From an uncultured Alphaproteobacteria bacterium (GTDB lineage: Bacteria; Pseudomonadota; Alphaproteobacteria; Rhizobiales; Xanthobacteraceae), in assembly GCA_963737755.1 (NCBI GenBank), contig CAVTTZ010000033.1:803056-867055 (forward strand): a DNA stretch of 64,000 nucleotides, read 5' to 3'. The translations under genes and the position numbers were made by a program. Within the stretch, counting starts at the first letter, position 1, and every line of letters begins with the position of its first letter. This document shows positions 62,942 to 64,000 of the stretch, piece by piece. The notes under the pieces are model-generated. The model made no database searches. It was given only the letters and a program-made list of their open reading frames with translations, and was not told the DNA's origin.

Positions 62942-63703
62942 CTAAATCGCCGACCAGCCGGCGTCGACCATGAGGGTGGCGCCGTGGATGGCGGAAGCGT
63001 CGTCGGAGGCGAGAAACACTGCCGCGCCGGTCATTTCCTCGGGCGAAAGAAAATCGCGCCCGGTCGGCGTCAGGGTCTGCATCAGATTGATGTAGTCCTC
63101 GTTGCCCGGCCCGCGCAGGTGCGCATTCAGCGGCGTCGCCACATTGCCGGGCCCAAGCGAATTGACGTTGATGTTGTCCTTGCCGAGTTCGGCGGCCAGC
63201 GCCTTGGTCAAAATCTCGAGACCGCCCTTGGAGGCGCAATAGGCCGGACAATTCGGAAAGGCGCCGACGCCCGCGATCGAGGTGATGTTGATCACCTTGC
63301 CGCCACCCTTGCGACGGAATTCCGGCAGCGCGGCTTTGACGCAGAAGAACGCGCCGCGCAGATTGAGATCGAGCTGCTCGTCCCAAATGGCTTCGGTCGT
63401 CTCGGCAATCGGCACCGTGCGGAACACGCCGGCATTGTTGACCAGAATGTCGATGGTGCCGAAGTGCCTGATCACCTCGGCAACCATGCGCTCGATATCC
63501 GGCACCTTGGCGCAGTCGGCTTTCACCGCGATGGCGTCGCCGCCAGCATCTGTGATCCTTTTGACCACCGCCGCCGCCGAGACATCGTTGTGATGATAAA
63601 TCACCGCAACGCGCGCGCCTTCGGCGCCGTAGCGGACCGCGATCGCCTCACCGATGCCCTGCGTGCCGCCGGTGACGACCGCCACTTTGCCTTTGAGCCT
63701 CAT
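62942..63703 (-). CDS. SDR family oxidoreductase
   Basis: MRLKGKVAVVTGGTQGIGEAIA.. Rossmann; NNAG; YxxxK. Confidence 0.8.
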   Translation of the reverse strand: MRLKGKVAVVTGGTQGIGEAIAVRYGAEGARVAVIYHHNDVSAAAVVKRITDAGGDAIAVKADCAKVPDIERMVAEVIRHFGTIDILVNNAGVFRTVPIAETTEAIWDEQLDLNLRGAFFCVKAALPEFRRKGGGKVINITSIAGVGAFPNCPAYCASKGGLEILTKALAAELGKDNINVNSLGPGNVATPLNAHLRGPGNEDYINLMQTLTPTGRDFLSPEEMTGAAVFLASDDASAIHGATLMVDAGWSAI

Positions 63704-63740
63704 GCCACCCCTCTCTGCGAAGACGCGCCCGACCGGCCGA

Positions 63741-64000
63741 TTATTTCGCGCCGCGGCGCTTGAGCTCCGCATGCGTCTGGTCGAGCGTCGCCGCCAGCCG
63801 ATCGAACAATTGGTCGATCTCCTTGTCCTCGATGATCAGCGGCGGGCAAAGCGCCAGCGTGTCGCCGGCGGCGCGAATGATCAGATCGTTGTCGAGCGCC
63901 AGCTCCGCGGCCAGGGGGCCGGCAGCTACGGCAGGATCGAAGGACTTCTTGCTTTGTTTGTCCTCGACCAGTTCGACCGCACCGATCAAGCCCATGCCGC
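63741..64000 (-). CDS. Class III (omega) aminotransferase, C-terminal 84 codons (gene continues beyond window end)
   Basis: C-terminal ..LIGAVELVEDKQSKKSFDP..DLIIRAAGDTLALCPPLII.. Confidence 0.6.
   Translation of the reverse strand, partial: GMGLIGAVELVEDKQSKKSFDPAVAAGPLAAELALDNDLIIRAAGDTLALCPPLIIEDKEIDQLFDRLAATLDQTHAELKRRGAK

Noticed and set aside
1-64000. CRISPR arrays, IS elements, integrases, rRNA/tRNA genes
   Set aside because: No repeat-spacer periodicity, no transposase or integrase-like translation in any frame, and no tRNA-like motifs were seen.

Overview
High-GC (about 65%) alphaproteobacterial-type chromosomal window, resembling Bradyrhizobiaceae or Rhodopseudomonas (inference from gene content and codon style). 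It is dominated by organic-acid, amide and lactam catabolism and ABC transport. Nearly every gene is recognisable by family-level similarity read directly from the six-frame track. From the left edge to about 19.4 kb there is one long minus-strand catabolic operon. It begins with a methylcrotonyl-CoA carboxylase (MCC) alpha subunit that is split into a biotin-carboxylase ORF and a BT+biotinyl ORF by an intervening nitronate-monooxygenase-family gene. It continues with the MCC beta carboxyltransferase, a LivG-type ATPase, an embedded AMP-dependent acyl-CoA synthetase, two branched-chain-type permeases and the start of a binding-protein gene. A TetR gene and a divergent isovaleryl-CoA dehydrogenase gene with an operator palindrome follow, then an EmrAB-like efflux pair and an Atu-like block (SDR, AtuA-family DUF1446, two enoyl-CoA hydratases). 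A roughly 2.9 kb low-GC (about 52%) island at about 19.96-22.85 kb carries two or three hypothetical ORFs. One has a PD-(D/E)XK nuclease-like motif and one ends in a SEC-C zinc-ribbon motif; this is the best candidate for a horizontally acquired, undescribed system. Downstream are a second acyl-CoA synthetase, an amidase behind a Urt/Fmd-type amide or urea ABC transporter, a flotillin, MarR, an AmiC-like cytoplasmic amide sensor, two isochorismatase-family hydrolases, and a PxpB-PxpC-biotin carboxylase block with PxpA and a small biotinyl protein 11 kb away. Also present are a cytoplasmic gamma-glutamyltransferase, a second amidase, two ribose-type ABC transporters, LysR, a formamidase-like hydrolase, hydantoinase HyuB/HyuA (HyuB has a Lys/Ala-rich N-terminal tail), cupins, a DMT exporter, a wHTH-TPR regulator, an SDR and a partial aminotransferase. 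At least 30 single-base frame breaks are unevenly distributed (EmrAB, AtuA-like and GGT are heavily broken; many long genes are intact). This points to uncorrected indel errors, real pseudogenisation, or both. No rRNA, tRNA, CRISPR array, transposase or integrase was seen.
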